DNA of 64,000 nt from assembly GCA_946500615.1 (NCBI GenBank), contig CAMMWP010000002.1, forward strand, positions 29,968 through 93,967. The letters run 5' to 3'. The stretch's first letter is position 1, and the number at the start of each line of letters is the position of its first letter. Position numbers and translations under genes: made by a program. The notes beneath the pieces are model-generated. The model did not search any database, was not told the origin of the DNA, and saw nothing but the letters and a program-made list of their open reading frames with translations. This document shows positions 19,402 to 29,082 of this stretch, one piece after another. Origin of the DNA: an uncultured Clostridium sp. Lineage in GTDB: Bacteria > Bacillota > Clostridia > TANB77 > CAG-508.

Positions 19402-19510
19402 ACATTGCACACAATTTTACATGCGTAAAATTAGCGCAGAACAAATTTACGGAAAGCCTAAGCAAAATTTAAAGTGTAGTTGTATTTAATGGCTTTCCGA
19501 TTTGTTCTAT
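19402..19510. repeat. Mosaic intergenic repeat family R1, copy a (modules: palindrome aattttacNNNNgtaaaatt; hairpin gaacaaatttacggaaagcc/ggctttccgatttgttc)
   Basis: The same modules recur at 23259, 25284, 28895 and 34484. Confidence 0.6.
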
Positions 19511-19511
19511 A

Positions 19512-20141
19512 TTGCAGGAGGTCTTTTTGGATTATAGAAAATTATTAAAATTTATCTTTATATGTTTTTTTATATTCGGCTGTATCTTTTTCGGACTTTT
19601 TTTTATAAATAAGACTAAAAAAATGAAATGGGGGAATAATAGAAATAGTCAAGAAATCATTGATCATATTTTAAATATTAGTTCATATGAAGCAATCATA
19701 GAAGTAGAAGTAAATAGTAATAAAAATACGAACAAATATCTAATAGAACAAACCTATGTAGCACCTAATACATCTGAGCAAGAAGTAATAGAACCAGAAA
19801 ATATTCAAGGAATCAAGATAATAAAAAATGAAAACGAATTAAAAGTGGAAAATACAAAAATGGATCTGATAAAAATATATAACCATTATGAATATATGAC
19901 AGATAACTGTTTAGATTTAAATGCTTTTATAGAAGATTATAAAGGAATCAATAAACAAAAATATGAAGAAAAAGACAATGAAATCATACTTACGATTGAA
20001 AATAAAGACGAAAAATATCATAGAACGAGAATGTTGTATATTAGTAAAGAAACAGGAAAACCTACTAAAATGGAAGTAAAAGATAATAACAAAAAAACAT
20101 TAATTTACATATTATATAAAGAAGTAGAGTTAAATCATTAA
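19512..20141 (+). CDS. Hypothetical membrane-anchored protein
   Basis: N-terminal TM ([19 protein letters not shown]). 209 aa. Confidence 0.45.
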   Translation: MQEVFLDYRKLLKFIFICFFIFGCIFFGLFFINKTKKMKWGNNRNSQEIIDHILNISSYEAIIEVEVNSNKNTNKYLIEQTYVAPNTSEQEVIEPENIQGIKIIKNENELKVENTKMDLIKIYNHYEYMTDNCLDLNAFIEDYKGINKQKYEEKDNEIILTIENKDEKYHRTRMLYISKETGKPTKMEVKDNNKKTLIYILYKEVELNH

Positions 20142-20209
20142 ACTCTACAAAACTAATATTTAAAATAAGACACATACTTGATAATATAACAATATTGGGA
20201 GTGAAATTA

Positions 20210-20560
20210 ATGGTAATAAAAAGAGGAGATATGTTTTATGCAGATTTAAGCCCAGTAGTAGGATCTGAACAAGGAGGAATTAGACCAGTATTAATTATAC
20301 AAAATGATTTAGGAAATAAATATAGTCCAACCGTAATAGCTGCTGCTATTACATCACAAACAGGAAAAAATAAATTACCAACACATATAGAAATTGACTC
20401 AGAAAGTTGTGGATTGAAAAATAATTCAGTTGTTTTGACAGAGCAAATAAGAACAATCGATAAAAGTAGATTAAAAGAGAAAATAGGGCATATTGATGAT
20501 GAAACAATCATTAATCAAGTAAATAATGCCTTAGGAGTAAGCTTTGGGCTAGAAGAATAA
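20210..20560 (+). CDS. mazF: MazF/PemK (EndoA)-family endoribonuclease toxin
   Basis: [33 protein letters not shown]...[11 protein letters not shown] is the canonical MazF/NdoA motif set. No antitoxin ORF lies in the 68-nt gap upstream. Confidence 0.8.
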   Translation: MVIKRGDMFYADLSPVVGSEQGGIRPVLIIQNDLGNKYSPTVIAAAITSQTGKNKLPTHIEIDSESCGLKNNSVVLTEQIRTIDKSRLKEKIGHIDDETIINQVNNALGVSFGLEE

Positions 20561-20596
20561 AGAGGATTTACCAAAAAAGTAAATCCTCTTTAAAAA
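20560..20596. terminator. Bidirectional terminator hairpin between the convergent mazF and HD-GYP genes
   Basis: aagaggatttac...gtaaatcctcttt. Confidence 0.55.
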
Positions 20597-20599
20597 TAC

Positions 20600-21547
20600 T
20601 TATACTCTTAATTTTTTTATAATCTTAATTTCATGGTATAAATTATCAATAATGGCTTTTCTGGTTTGATAAGCTTCAACATATTCTTGATAAATAGTTT
20701 CTAAATTTTCAGCAGTTTCACCAGATTTCGCTAAAACTTTAATTCCTTCAGCATAGTAATTTTTATCTTTTTCACTTTTAGCTTTTTCCATTTTTTCTTT
20801 ATATTTTTTCATTTGTTTTAATCGTTTAATATCTTCTGACAAAGCATCGACATAACTTTGTGTACAAGTAATTTCATACCCGATATCATCAATGACAACC
20901 TTAAACAAAGTACGAACAATAACAGGATTACTTTTACCAAGTTTGGCATCTTCTGCAAGATGATTTAACGTTCCCGAATAATTAGGGGTAATAGATGGTT
21001 TCGTTTCATCTATCAAAATTTTTAATGTATCAGATATTCCGATATGAGATTTATATTGCCTTCTACTGACAATCGCATCATATTCATCAGCAACTCGGAT
21101 AATTTGCCCTTCATAAGGAATATCTTTTTTAGTTAATCCTTGAGGATATCCAGAACCATTAAGTGCTTCATGATGATATAAAGGCCCAGCTGCATAAGGT
21201 CTTAATTTTAAATCTTTCATACACATCTCATACCCTAAAGTTGTATGTGTTTTCATAACAGCAAATTCTTCTTCCGTTAATTTAGAAGGCTTTTGCAAAA
21301 TAGCTGGAGGGATGAAAAGCTTTCCAATATCATGTAAATAAGCACAAATAGTACAATATTCTGTAAACCCTTTATTACAATGTAAATATTCACAAAGTCT
21401 ACAAGTTAAAGCTGCTACATTTTCACAATGCTTTCTTGTAAAAACGTCTAATGTATCTAACATATCTAGCTGATATCTCATAGTTTTATCTAGGTTGTAT
21501 GATTTTAAACTAGTTTTATCATAAAAATCAAATTCTGGTTGTTTCAT
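20600..21547 (-). CDS. HD-GYP domain phosphohydrolase (putative c-di-GMP phosphodiesterase)
   Basis: HD motif (YLHDIGK) and HHEALNGSGYP (GYP signature). Confidence 0.7.
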   Translation of the reverse strand: MKQPEFDFYDKTSLKSYNLDKTMRYQLDMLDTLDVFTRKHCENVAALTCRLCEYLHCNKGFTEYCTICAYLHDIGKLFIPPAILQKPSKLTEEEFAVMKTHTTLGYEMCMKDLKLRPYAAGPLYHHEALNGSGYPQGLTKKDIPYEGQIIRVADEYDAIVSRRQYKSHIGISDTLKILIDETKPSITPNYSGTLNHLAEDAKLGKSNPVIVRTLFKVVIDDIGYEITCTQSYVDALSEDIKRLKQMKKYKEKMEKAKSEKDKNYYAEGIKVLAKSGETAENLETIYQEYVEAYQTRKAIIDNLYHEIKIIKKLRV

Positions 21548-21694
21548 TCTTTATCTCATTCCTTTCACTAGGTACAAATTTGGTTGACAACACCAAATTT
21601 GCAATTATTTTTCAACCTTATTAAAAATATCATAACATTAAATAAAAAAAACTGCAATAAAAAAATAGATATATCATCAATATTTAGGAAAAAA

Positions 21695-21927
21695 TAGTTC
21701 CCCTTCAAGCTTTCCAAGCTGAGAGCCATCAGTATATTTTAAGCTTCTCGGCTACCCTCCAATTGACGTTTAAGAAATTCTAATATCTAAATCGTAACAA
21801 TACCCGGAAACAGGACCCTTTATGACTTATATATAAGAATTTCTAAAACGATTCCGGTCGCATTCGAAACTTAAAAATATACTGATGGCTCTCAGCTTGG
21901 AAAGCTTGAAGGGGAACTAAAAAAACG
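21695..21927. repeat. Foldback element R2 copy 1: perfect 46-bp inverted arms around a 140-bp core that is HindIII-site delimited
   Basis: Left arm tagttccccttcaagctttccaagctgagagccatcagtatatttt is the exact reverse complement of the right arm. The core is shared with 27726-27850 in the opposite orientation. Confidence 0.7.
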
Positions 21928-22079
21928 CCAAAACATGTAATTTTGACTTGATAAGGTTGATTTTTAGTATATAACATAGTAAACTAAATATAGTTAAAGC
22001 TAAATTAGCGAAGTGGAGGAAAAAATGGGGAAAAGTATATTTAAATGGATTATCATGTTTTTTTTAATATTTATACGGC

Positions 22080-23156
22080 ATGTTCTTAGGCAGTTACTTG
22101 ATTGTAAACAATCATAGTTTTTTGATAGTTATAATGATTGCTATATTTTTGGTAGTAGTTTTTTTAGTATTATTAAGAACTTTATTAATAGAAAGTGGAA
22201 CCATAAAACCACATATAAAACATAAACATAATAAAATAAAGAAAAAGATAGTAAGTAAGAGATTTCAAGAAATTTACAACTATATAGAATCAGAATATGC
22301 TAAAGATTTAGAGTCCAATAGAAAAAAACTAATAAAATATATGATTATTTGTGCCATATTATTTATTATCTCATGTTTACTATTTTTGTTTTTAGTAACC
22401 AATTTACGAATACATACAAGATTGGGATATAAATTAATTGGTTTTATATGTATTCCTATTATCATGGTTGGAGTACATAGTTATCTTAAATACAATAAAA
22501 TATATAAAGAAAATTTTAAAGATAAAATTATCAAAAATTTGTTTAAATACATAAACCCCAATTTACAATATGATCCAATTGGAGGAAACAATTTACACAA
22601 ATACTATTTAGATGCAGGTTTTAAAGGAGATTTTAATAAATTTATCACAGATGATTATATAGAAGGATGCCATGAAAATAATATAAATTTAAAAATGGCG
22701 AATATAGCATTAGGAGATAATGATAAAACAAAATTTTTATATGAAGGCATTTTTTCTGTTACAGAAATCAATCAATACTTACAAGATAAAGTTATCATAA
22801 AGAAAAATAAGTATATGTTTAAAGATAATGATTATAAAAAAATAGGAATGGATAGTGAGGAATTTGAGAAATATTTTGATGTATATAGTACATCAAGTAT
22901 GTTAGCGATGGAAATATTAACACATGATATTATGGAAGAATTAGTGGAATTTTACAATACCTATAGAATTGAATTTGAAATTGTTTTTAAAGATAATCAC
23001 ATTTATATTAGGTTTGATACAGGTGTTATGTTCGAACCCAATATATTAAAAAAATCAAATGATTTAAGTACAATATGGGTTTATTATAATGTAATGAATT
23101 TTGCTATATCATTAACCATGAGAATAAATAATGTATTACAAGAGATAGATATATAA
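22080..23156 (+). CDS. Hypothetical multi-TM membrane protein (358 aa)
   Basis: Two N-terminal TM segments, another TM pair around residue 90, and a large C-terminal soluble domain. Confidence 0.5.
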   Translation: MFLGSYLIVNNHSFLIVIMIAIFLVVVFLVLLRTLLIESGTIKPHIKHKHNKIKKKIVSKRFQEIYNYIESEYAKDLESNRKKLIKYMIICAILFIISCLLFLFLVTNLRIHTRLGYKLIGFICIPIIMVGVHSYLKYNKIYKENFKDKIIKNLFKYINPNLQYDPIGGNNLHKYYLDAGFKGDFNKFITDDYIEGCHENNINLKMANIALGDNDKTKFLYEGIFSVTEINQYLQDKVIIKKNKYMFKDNDYKKIGMDSEEFEKYFDVYSTSSMLAMEILTHDIMEELVEFYNTYRIEFEIVFKDNHIYIRFDTGVMFEPNILKKSNDLSTIWVYYNVMNFAISLTMRINNVLQEIDI

Positions 23157-23258
23157 TAAAATAATCAAGGAATATCATTTGAATAAATCATCAAATAAAG
23201 GGAACTGAACCTAAAAAATCAAAACTTAGACACACTAACCATTGAAAAATAGCCAAAA

Positions 23259-23425
23259 CTATGATAATATAAGTAAGAGAACAAATCGGAAAGTCTTAAC
23301 ATTTGTGCAATCTTTAACTTTTCGCTTTGGCTTTCTGTAAATTTGTTCAGCGCCAATTTTACGTATGTAAAATTGTGTGCAATCGTTAGCGCGAAGCGAG
23401 ATTTGTCCTACAATAGGAAAGGGTT
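23259..23425. repeat. Mosaic repeat R1 copy b
   Basis: gaacaaatcggaaagtc...ggctttctgtaaatttgttc hairpin, aattttacgtatgtaaaatt palindrome, tacaataggaaag..ctttcctattgta palindrome. Confidence 0.65.
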
Positions 23426-23514
23426 ACTTTCCTATTGTATAAAAAAGGGAAAAAGTTAGAAAAGAAATAAAATTTTAACTGAATGGATACCAAAAAGAAG
23501 GGAATGAGATAAAA

Positions 23515-25257
23515 ATGTATAGAACAAAAACTTGTGGAGAATTAAATATAAAAAATGTAGAAGAACAAGTAGAACTTGCAGGCTGGATTCAGAAAATAAG
23601 AGATTTAGGTGGAATGACCTTTATAGATTTAAGAGATGAATTTGGAATAACACAAGTTGTTATAAATGATGAAGAACTAAAACAATTTTCAAAAGGTCTA
23701 CATACAGAAAGCTGTATCCACATAAAAGGAAAAGTTGTGGAAAGAACAAGCAAAAATGCACATATGAAAACAGGAGATATTGAAGTTGTAGCTGAAAACA
23801 TAGAAGTATTAGGAAAATGTAAAAATATCCTTCCTTTTGAGATTAATACAGAACAAGAAGTTAGAGAAGATTTACGATTAGAATATCGATTTTTGGATTT
23901 AAGAAATGAAAAATTGCACAATCATATTTTGTTGCGTTCAAAGATATTAAAAACAATACGAGATAAAATGGATGAATTAGAATTTACAGAAATCCAAACG
24001 CCTATCTTAGCAAATTCTTCACCAGAAGGAGCAAGAGACTATTTAGTACCAAGTAGATTAAATCCGGGAGAATTTTATGCACTTCCACAAGCACCACAAC
24101 AATTTAAACAATTATTGATGGTAAGTGGGTTTAATAAATATTATCAAATAGCACCATGTTTTAGAGATGAAGACCCAAGAGCAGATAGAGCACCGGGAGA
24201 ATTTTATCAATTAGATTTTGAAATGAGTTTTGCAACACAAGAAGATGTATTTAAGGTTATTGAAGACGTCATACCATATACCTTTGAAAAGTACACAGAT
24301 TGGAAAGTAGATAAAGGACCATTTGTTAGAATTCCATATAAAGAAGCTATGGAAAAATACGGAATCGATAAACCAGATTTAAGAAACCCATTAATCATTC
24401 AAGATGTTACAAAATTATTTGAAGATTCTGATTTTAACGCATTTAAAGATAAAACAATTAAAGCGATTATCGTACCAAATGGAGCAGAACAAGGAAGAAA
24501 ATTCTTTGATAAAATGGGAGAATTTGCAATGACAGAAGAAGTAGGAGCAAAAGGATTAGCATGGACCAAATTAGATAATGAAGGAAATATACAAGGAGGT
24601 ATTGCAAAATTTATAACAGAGGAAATCAAGGAAAAATTAGAAAAAGACTTTGGACTAGAAAGAAATGCAAGTATATTCTTTATTGCAGATGAATTTGAAA
24701 AAGCACAGAAAATAGCAGGACTAGTCAGAATAGAATTAGGAAAACGATTAGATTTGATTGAAAAAGGTGTATATAAATTCTGCTTTATTGTAGATTTTCC
24801 AATGTATGAATTATCTGATGAAGGAACAATCGATTTTAGCCATAACCCATTTTCAATGCCACAAGGGGGATTAGAAGCATTAAATCATCAAAACCCATTA
24901 GAAATTTTAGCATACCAATATGATTTAGTATGTAACGGATATGAAATGGCATCAGGAGCTGTTAGAAACCATGACCCAGAAATCATGGTAAAAGCATTTG
25001 AAATTGCAGGATATAGTGAAGAAGATGTAAAAAATCGATTTGGTGCATTATATAATGCGTTCCAATATGGAACACCACCACATGCAGGTGCAGCACCCGG
25101 AATAGATAGAATGGTTATGTTAATTGCAGATGCGCAAAATATCAGAGAAGTCATTGCATTTCCAAAAAATAAAAGAGCAAGAGATTTACTAATGAGAGCG
25201 CCATCTGTTGTTACAGAACAACAATTGAAAGATGTACATATAAAATTAGACCATTAG
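23515..25257 (+). CDS. aspS: Aspartate--tRNA ligase (bacterial type with GAD insertion)
   Basis: 580 aa. Class II motifs FRDED, GGAAPGIDR. N-terminal OB-fold. Confidence 0.9.
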   Translation: MYRTKTCGELNIKNVEEQVELAGWIQKIRDLGGMTFIDLRDEFGITQVVINDEELKQFSKGLHTESCIHIKGKVVERTSKNAHMKTGDIEVVAENIEVLGKCKNILPFEINTEQEVREDLRLEYRFLDLRNEKLHNHILLRSKILKTIRDKMDELEFTEIQTPILANSSPEGARDYLVPSRLNPGEFYALPQAPQQFKQLLMVSGFNKYYQIAPCFRDEDPRADRAPGEFYQLDFEMSFATQEDVFKVIEDVIPYTFEKYTDWKVDKGPFVRIPYKEAMEKYGIDKPDLRNPLIIQDVTKLFEDSDFNAFKDKTIKAIIVPNGAEQGRKFFDKMGEFAMTEEVGAKGLAWTKLDNEGNIQGGIAKFITEEIKEKLEKDFGLERNASIFFIADEFEKAQKIAGLVRIELGKRLDLIEKGVYKFCFIVDFPMYELSDEGTIDFSHNPFSMPQGGLEALNHQNPLEILAYQYDLVCNGYEMASGAVRNHDPEIMVKAFEIAGYSEEDVKNRFGALYNAFQYGTPPHAGAAPGIDRMVMLIADAQNIREVIAFPKNKRARDLLMRAPSVVTEQQLKDVHIKLDH

Positions 25258-25283
25258 GGACGAGGCAAATTGTTCTAAGAGTG

Positions 25284-25445
25284 AAGAACAAATCGGAAAG
25301 CCTTAACATTTGTGCAATCTTTAACATTTCTCTTTGGCTTTCCGTAAATTTGTTCTGTGCCAATTTTACGGAAGTAAAATTGTGTACATCTGTTGCGCGA
25401 AGCGTTTCTTATACAATAGGAAAGGGGAACTTTCCTATTGTACAA
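25284..25445. repeat. Mosaic repeat R1 copy c. The track ORFs 25281-25699 inside it are spurious.
   Basis: Near-identical modules to copy b in the same orientation. Confidence 0.65.
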
Positions 25446-25523
25446 GAAATGCGAAACGAATAAAAATAGTGGTTAAAAGGGGAAACAAACAAGATGTATG
25501 CATTGAGAAAGGGATGTGAAAGA

Positions 25524-25784
25524 ATGGAATATAGATATAAACCAAGTGGTGTTTGCTCAAGAGAAATGATAATAGAATTAGATGGAAATATTATTAAAAA
25601 ATTGACAATTATAGGAGGATGTGCTGGAAACACACTAGGAGTTTCTAGATTGGTAGAAGGTATGAATATCAATGAAGCGATTAGACGATTGAAAGGCATT
25701 CCTTGTGGTACAAAAGGAACATCTTGCCCGGATCAATTATCAAAAGCCTTAGAGGAAGTAAAAGAAAAATATCAGATTGATTAG
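25524..25784 (+). CDS. TSCPD-domain protein
   Basis: Contains the eponymous ...GTSCPDQLSKAL motif. Upstream of mnmA, as is common. Confidence 0.6.
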   Translation: MEYRYKPSGVCSREMIIELDGNIIKKLTIIGGCAGNTLGVSRLVEGMNINEAIRRLKGIPCGTKGTSCPDQLSKALEEVKEKYQID

Positions 25785-25797
25785 ATGAGGAATTTGA

Positions 25798-26847
25798 ATG
25801 AAAGAAAAAGTGTTATTAGGAATGAGTGGAGGGGTTGACAGTTCTGTGTCAGCCGTTCTTTTAAAAGAAGCAGGATTTGAAGTTATTGGTTGTACTATGA
25901 ATTTATTAGATGAACCAAATGAAGAAGCGATAAAAGATGCTAAAAAAGTATGTGAAAAATTAGGAATTGAACATCATGTATTTGATTGTAAAAAAGAATT
26001 CAGATGTTATGTAATGGATACCTTTATTTCTGAATATGAGAATGCAAGAACACCAAATCCATGTGTAGAATGTAATCAATATTTAAAGTTTGGTATGTTT
26101 TATGACAAAGCGAAAGAATTAGGATGCAAATATATAGCCACAGGGCATTATGCTAAAAAAGAATATTCAGAAAAATATAAACAATATGTTTTAAGAAAAT
26201 CGAGTGAAGAGAAAAAAGACCAGACCTATTTTTTATATACGATTCCGAGAGAAAAAGTAGAGTATATTATATTTCCATTGCAAGATAATGTAAGTAAACA
26301 AGACACAAGGCGATTAGCAGAACAAAATGGACTAGAAATTGCAGATAAAAAAGACAGTCAAGAAATTTGTTTTATCAAAGATGATGACTATCAAAAATTT
26401 TTAAAAGAACACATGAAGCAACAACCCAAAAAAGGAAATATTGTTTTAACAACAGGTGAAATTCTAGGAAAACACAATGGACTGATAAATTATACAATTG
26501 GACAAAGAAAAGGATTAGGTATTTCTTACAAAGAGCCATTGTATGTGGTAGCATTAGATATGCACAAAAATCAAGTGATTGTTGGAACAGAAAAACAGTT
26601 ATATAGCAGTGAATTAGAGGCCATTCATTTAAATTGGATTATAGATGTTGAGAATGCATTACAAAAAGGATTAGAATGTTTTGCCAAAATTCGCTATAGA
26701 GCTAAAGAAGCAAAAGCAAAAGTGATAAAAGAAAATGAGAAAATAAAAGTAGTATTTCAAGAACCACAAAGAGCTATTACTAAAGGACAATCTGTTGTAT
26801 TTTACGATGAAGATGGTATTGTTCTAGGCGGAGGAAAAATTAAATAA
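25798..26847 (+). CDS. mnmA: tRNA-specific 2-thiouridylase MnmA
   Basis: PP-loop LLGMSGGVDSSVSA. Catalytic Cys motifs. About 350 aa. Confidence 0.88.
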   Translation: MKEKVLLGMSGGVDSSVSAVLLKEAGFEVIGCTMNLLDEPNEEAIKDAKKVCEKLGIEHHVFDCKKEFRCYVMDTFISEYENARTPNPCVECNQYLKFGMFYDKAKELGCKYIATGHYAKKEYSEKYKQYVLRKSSEEKKDQTYFLYTIPREKVEYIIFPLQDNVSKQDTRRLAEQNGLEIADKKDSQEICFIKDDDYQKFLKEHMKQQPKKGNIVLTTGEILGKHNGLINYTIGQRKGLGISYKEPLYVVALDMHKNQVIVGTEKQLYSSELEAIHLNWIIDVENALQKGLECFAKIRYRAKEAKAKVIKENEKIKVVFQEPQRAITKGQSVVFYDEDGIVLGGGKIK

Positions 26848-26944
26848 AAGGTAACAACAAAAGATGTAATTCATAAAATCTTAATATTTCCTTTGTTGTA
26901 AAAACACAGTTCTTAGTATATAATGTAAAAAAAGAAATAAAGAG

Positions 26945-27655
26945 GTGTCTATGAAATTATTTAGAAAACTTTTATTGATTATGTTTATATTCATAGTAAT
27001 AGCAGTTATTGTTTTAGGAATAATTGGTTTTACAACTTACTCTAAAGCCTTAGATGAAAAACCATTAATAACAAGAACGGATGAAATAACAAAAGATGAA
27101 CATTATGTACCATTTAGTGAATTATCTGAAGATTATATACATGCAGTTGTTTCTGTAGAAGACAGAAGATATTATGAACATGGAGCAGTTGATTTTATTG
27201 GAATCGCTCGTGCCATTTGGACAAATATACGAACAGGAAAATTACAAGAAGGTGGTAGCACCATAACACAACAAGTAGCAAAAAATATTGTATTTACACA
27301 AGAAGAAACCATTACAAGAAAAATGGGAGAAATATTTGCTGCCATTGATTTAGAAAATAAATTTTCTAAAGATGAAATTTTTGCTCTATATGTAAACAGT
27401 GCTTACTTTGGCGATGGATATTATGGTATTTATGATGCTAGTATGGGGTATTACAAGAAAGAACCAAAAGATTTAACATTAGATGAAGCGTCTATGCTGG
27501 CAGGTGTACCAAATGCACCTTCTGTATATGCACCAACTGTCAATCCGAAGTTAGCAAACGAAAGACAATCACATGTATTAGATACAATGGTTGAAAATGG
27601 ATATATTTCACAAGGACAAGCTGATGAGATTATCAATAGCAAAAAAACAGAATAG
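26945..27655 (+). CDS. Monofunctional peptidoglycan glycosyltransferase (GT51 transglycosylase domain)
   Basis: N-terminal TM. EDRRYYEHGAVD, GGSTITQQVAKN motifs. Confidence 0.8.
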   Translation: MSMKLFRKLLLIMFIFIVIAVIVLGIIGFTTYSKALDEKPLITRTDEITKDEHYVPFSELSEDYIHAVVSVEDRRYYEHGAVDFIGIARAIWTNIRTGKLQEGGSTITQQVAKNIVFTQEETITRKMGEIFAAIDLENKFSKDEIFALYVNSAYFGDGYYGIYDASMGYYKKEPKDLTLDEASMLAGVPNAPSVYAPTVNPKLANERQSHVLDTMVENGYISQGQADEIINSKKTE

Positions 27656-27668
27656 AAATTAACTAAAA

Positions 27669-27907
27669 CAAGGTTACCGTTCAAATCTTCCAAAGTGAGG
27701 GGGGATTCATATAGTAGATTTTTTAAGCTTCGAATGCGACCGGAATCGTTTTAGAAATTCTTATATATAAGTCGTAAAGGGTCCTGTTTCCGGGTATTGT
27801 TACGATTTATATATCAGAATTTCTTAAACGGCAATTGGAGGGTAGCCGAGAAGCTTAAAAAATCTACTATATGAATCCCCCCTCACTTTGGAAGATTTGA
27901 ACGGTAA
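27669..27907. repeat. Foldback element R2 copy 2: perfect 57-bp inverted arms. The core is inverted relative to copy 1.
   Basis: ttaccgttcaaatcttccaaagtgaggggggattcatatagtagattttttaagctt is the exact reverse complement of 27851-27907. The core 27726-27850 is the reverse complement of 21741-21866, with a few substitutions. Confidence 0.7.
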
Positions 27908-28038
27908 CAAACATAGGAGGAATCGTGCAAAAAACGTGTTAAAAAAGTTGCATAAAATAAAATACTGTGATAAAATCCGTAAGTAGAAGCATATAATTAT
28001 ATGATTCTATATAGTAATACCTAAAAGAGGTGAAGAAA

Positions 28039-28890
28039 ATGATAAAATTTACAAAAATGCATGGGCTAGGGAATGATTATGTCTATATGGATGCCATCCA
28101 CCAACATATAGAAAAAGAATCATCTCTAGCTCAATTTGTTAGCAATCGACACTTTGGAATAGGATCAGATGGATTAATTCTAATATGTAAAAGTGAAGTT
28201 GCTGATTTCAAAATGAGAATGTTTAATGCCGATGGTAGTGAGGCAGAAATGTGTGGAAATGGAATTCGATGTGTTGGGAAATTCGTTTATGATAAAGGAC
28301 TAACAAAAAAGGAACAAGTTACGATAGAAACACTAGCAGGTATAAAAACATTGAAATTCAATATAGAAGAAGGAAGGGTCAAGACAGTAAGGGTAGATAT
28401 GGGAGAACCGATTCTTGAACCTAAAAAAATTCCTGTTATTTCAGAAGAAAAACCAGTAAAAAATTTAAGTATACATGTAGAAGATAAAGAATTTCAATTT
28501 ACATGTGTATCAATGGGAAACCCACATGCCATAACCATGGTAGATACTGTAAAGGATTTTGAGGTAGAAAAATACGGAAAACAGTTAGAAGTAAATAAGG
28601 TTTTTCCCAATAAAACAAATGTAGAATTTATTGAAATAATAGATGAAAACCACATTAAAATGAGAGTTTGGGAGAGAGGTGCAGGAGAAACATTAGCTTG
28701 TGGAACAGGGGCTTGTGCTTCTGTGGTAGCCTGTGTATTAAATGAATTAACAAAACATATAGTAAGTGTTGAATTGTTAGGAGGAACCCTAGAAATAGAG
28801 TGGAACAAAGAAGACAATCATGTATATATGACAGGACCAGCAGTTACTGTTTTTGAAGGAGAATTATTAGAAGAGGCAAAAAAATTTTAG
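28039..28890 (+). CDS. dapF: Diaminopimelate epimerase
   Basis: [12 protein letters not shown] start. Catalytic Cys motifs CGNGIRC and ACGTGACA. Confidence 0.88.
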   Translation: MIKFTKMHGLGNDYVYMDAIHQHIEKESSLAQFVSNRHFGIGSDGLILICKSEVADFKMRMFNADGSEAEMCGNGIRCVGKFVYDKGLTKKEQVTIETLAGIKTLKFNIEEGRVKTVRVDMGEPILEPKKIPVISEEKPVKNLSIHVEDKEFQFTCVSMGNPHAITMVDTVKDFEVEKYGKQLEVNKVFPNKTNVEFIEIIDENHIKMRVWERGAGETLACGTGACASVVACVLNELTKHIVSVELLGGTLEIEWNKEDNHVYMTGPAVTVFEGELLEEAKKF

Positions 28891-28894
28891 CATA

Positions 28895-29050
28895 AAATTG
28901 GCGAAGAAACAGAAAAAACTATAATCGATAGCCCTTTGAGATTTTCTCCTTACAGTCGAAAACTCAAATCAAGCGAAAACAAATTTACAGAAAGGCAAAG
29001 AGAAAATATCAAATTAGTATCATTATAAGGTTTTCCGATTTGTTTAAAAC
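28895..29050. repeat. Degenerate R1 mosaic repeat, copy d
   Basis: gaaaacaaatttacagaaaggc ... aaggttttccgatttgttt. Confidence 0.4.
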
Positions 29051-29082
29051 CTAAATATAAGAAAAGGAAAGGAAAGATATAT

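Noticed and set aside
21695-21927. The R2 hairpin as a c-di-GMP riboswitch for the adjacent HD-GYP gene
   Set aside because: No GEMM-I/II conserved nucleotides. The same element recurs next to a transglycosylase/dapF junction. It lies more than 150 nt from the HD-GYP start, beyond the gene's own leader.
22025-22114. A small ORF (MGKSIFKWIIMFF..., 30 aa) with a T8 run upstream of 22080, as a frameshifted N-terminus of the 358-aa membrane protein
   Set aside because: Neither adding nor removing one T joins the frames. It is probably an independent short upstream ORF or non-coding.
23180-23514. A possible T-box leader upstream of aspS
   Set aside because: No T-box consensus (AATTAGGGTGGTACCGCG-like) or specifier-loop architecture. 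The region is occupied by the R1 repeat, which also occurs next to unrelated genes.
25281-25699. Track ORFs 25281..25463, 25334..25519, 25409..25699 (and the similar 23589..23921 minus)
   Set aside because: They fall inside the R1 mosaic repeat or antisense to aspS. No RBS, and the hairpin-dominated sequence produces the ORFs by chance.
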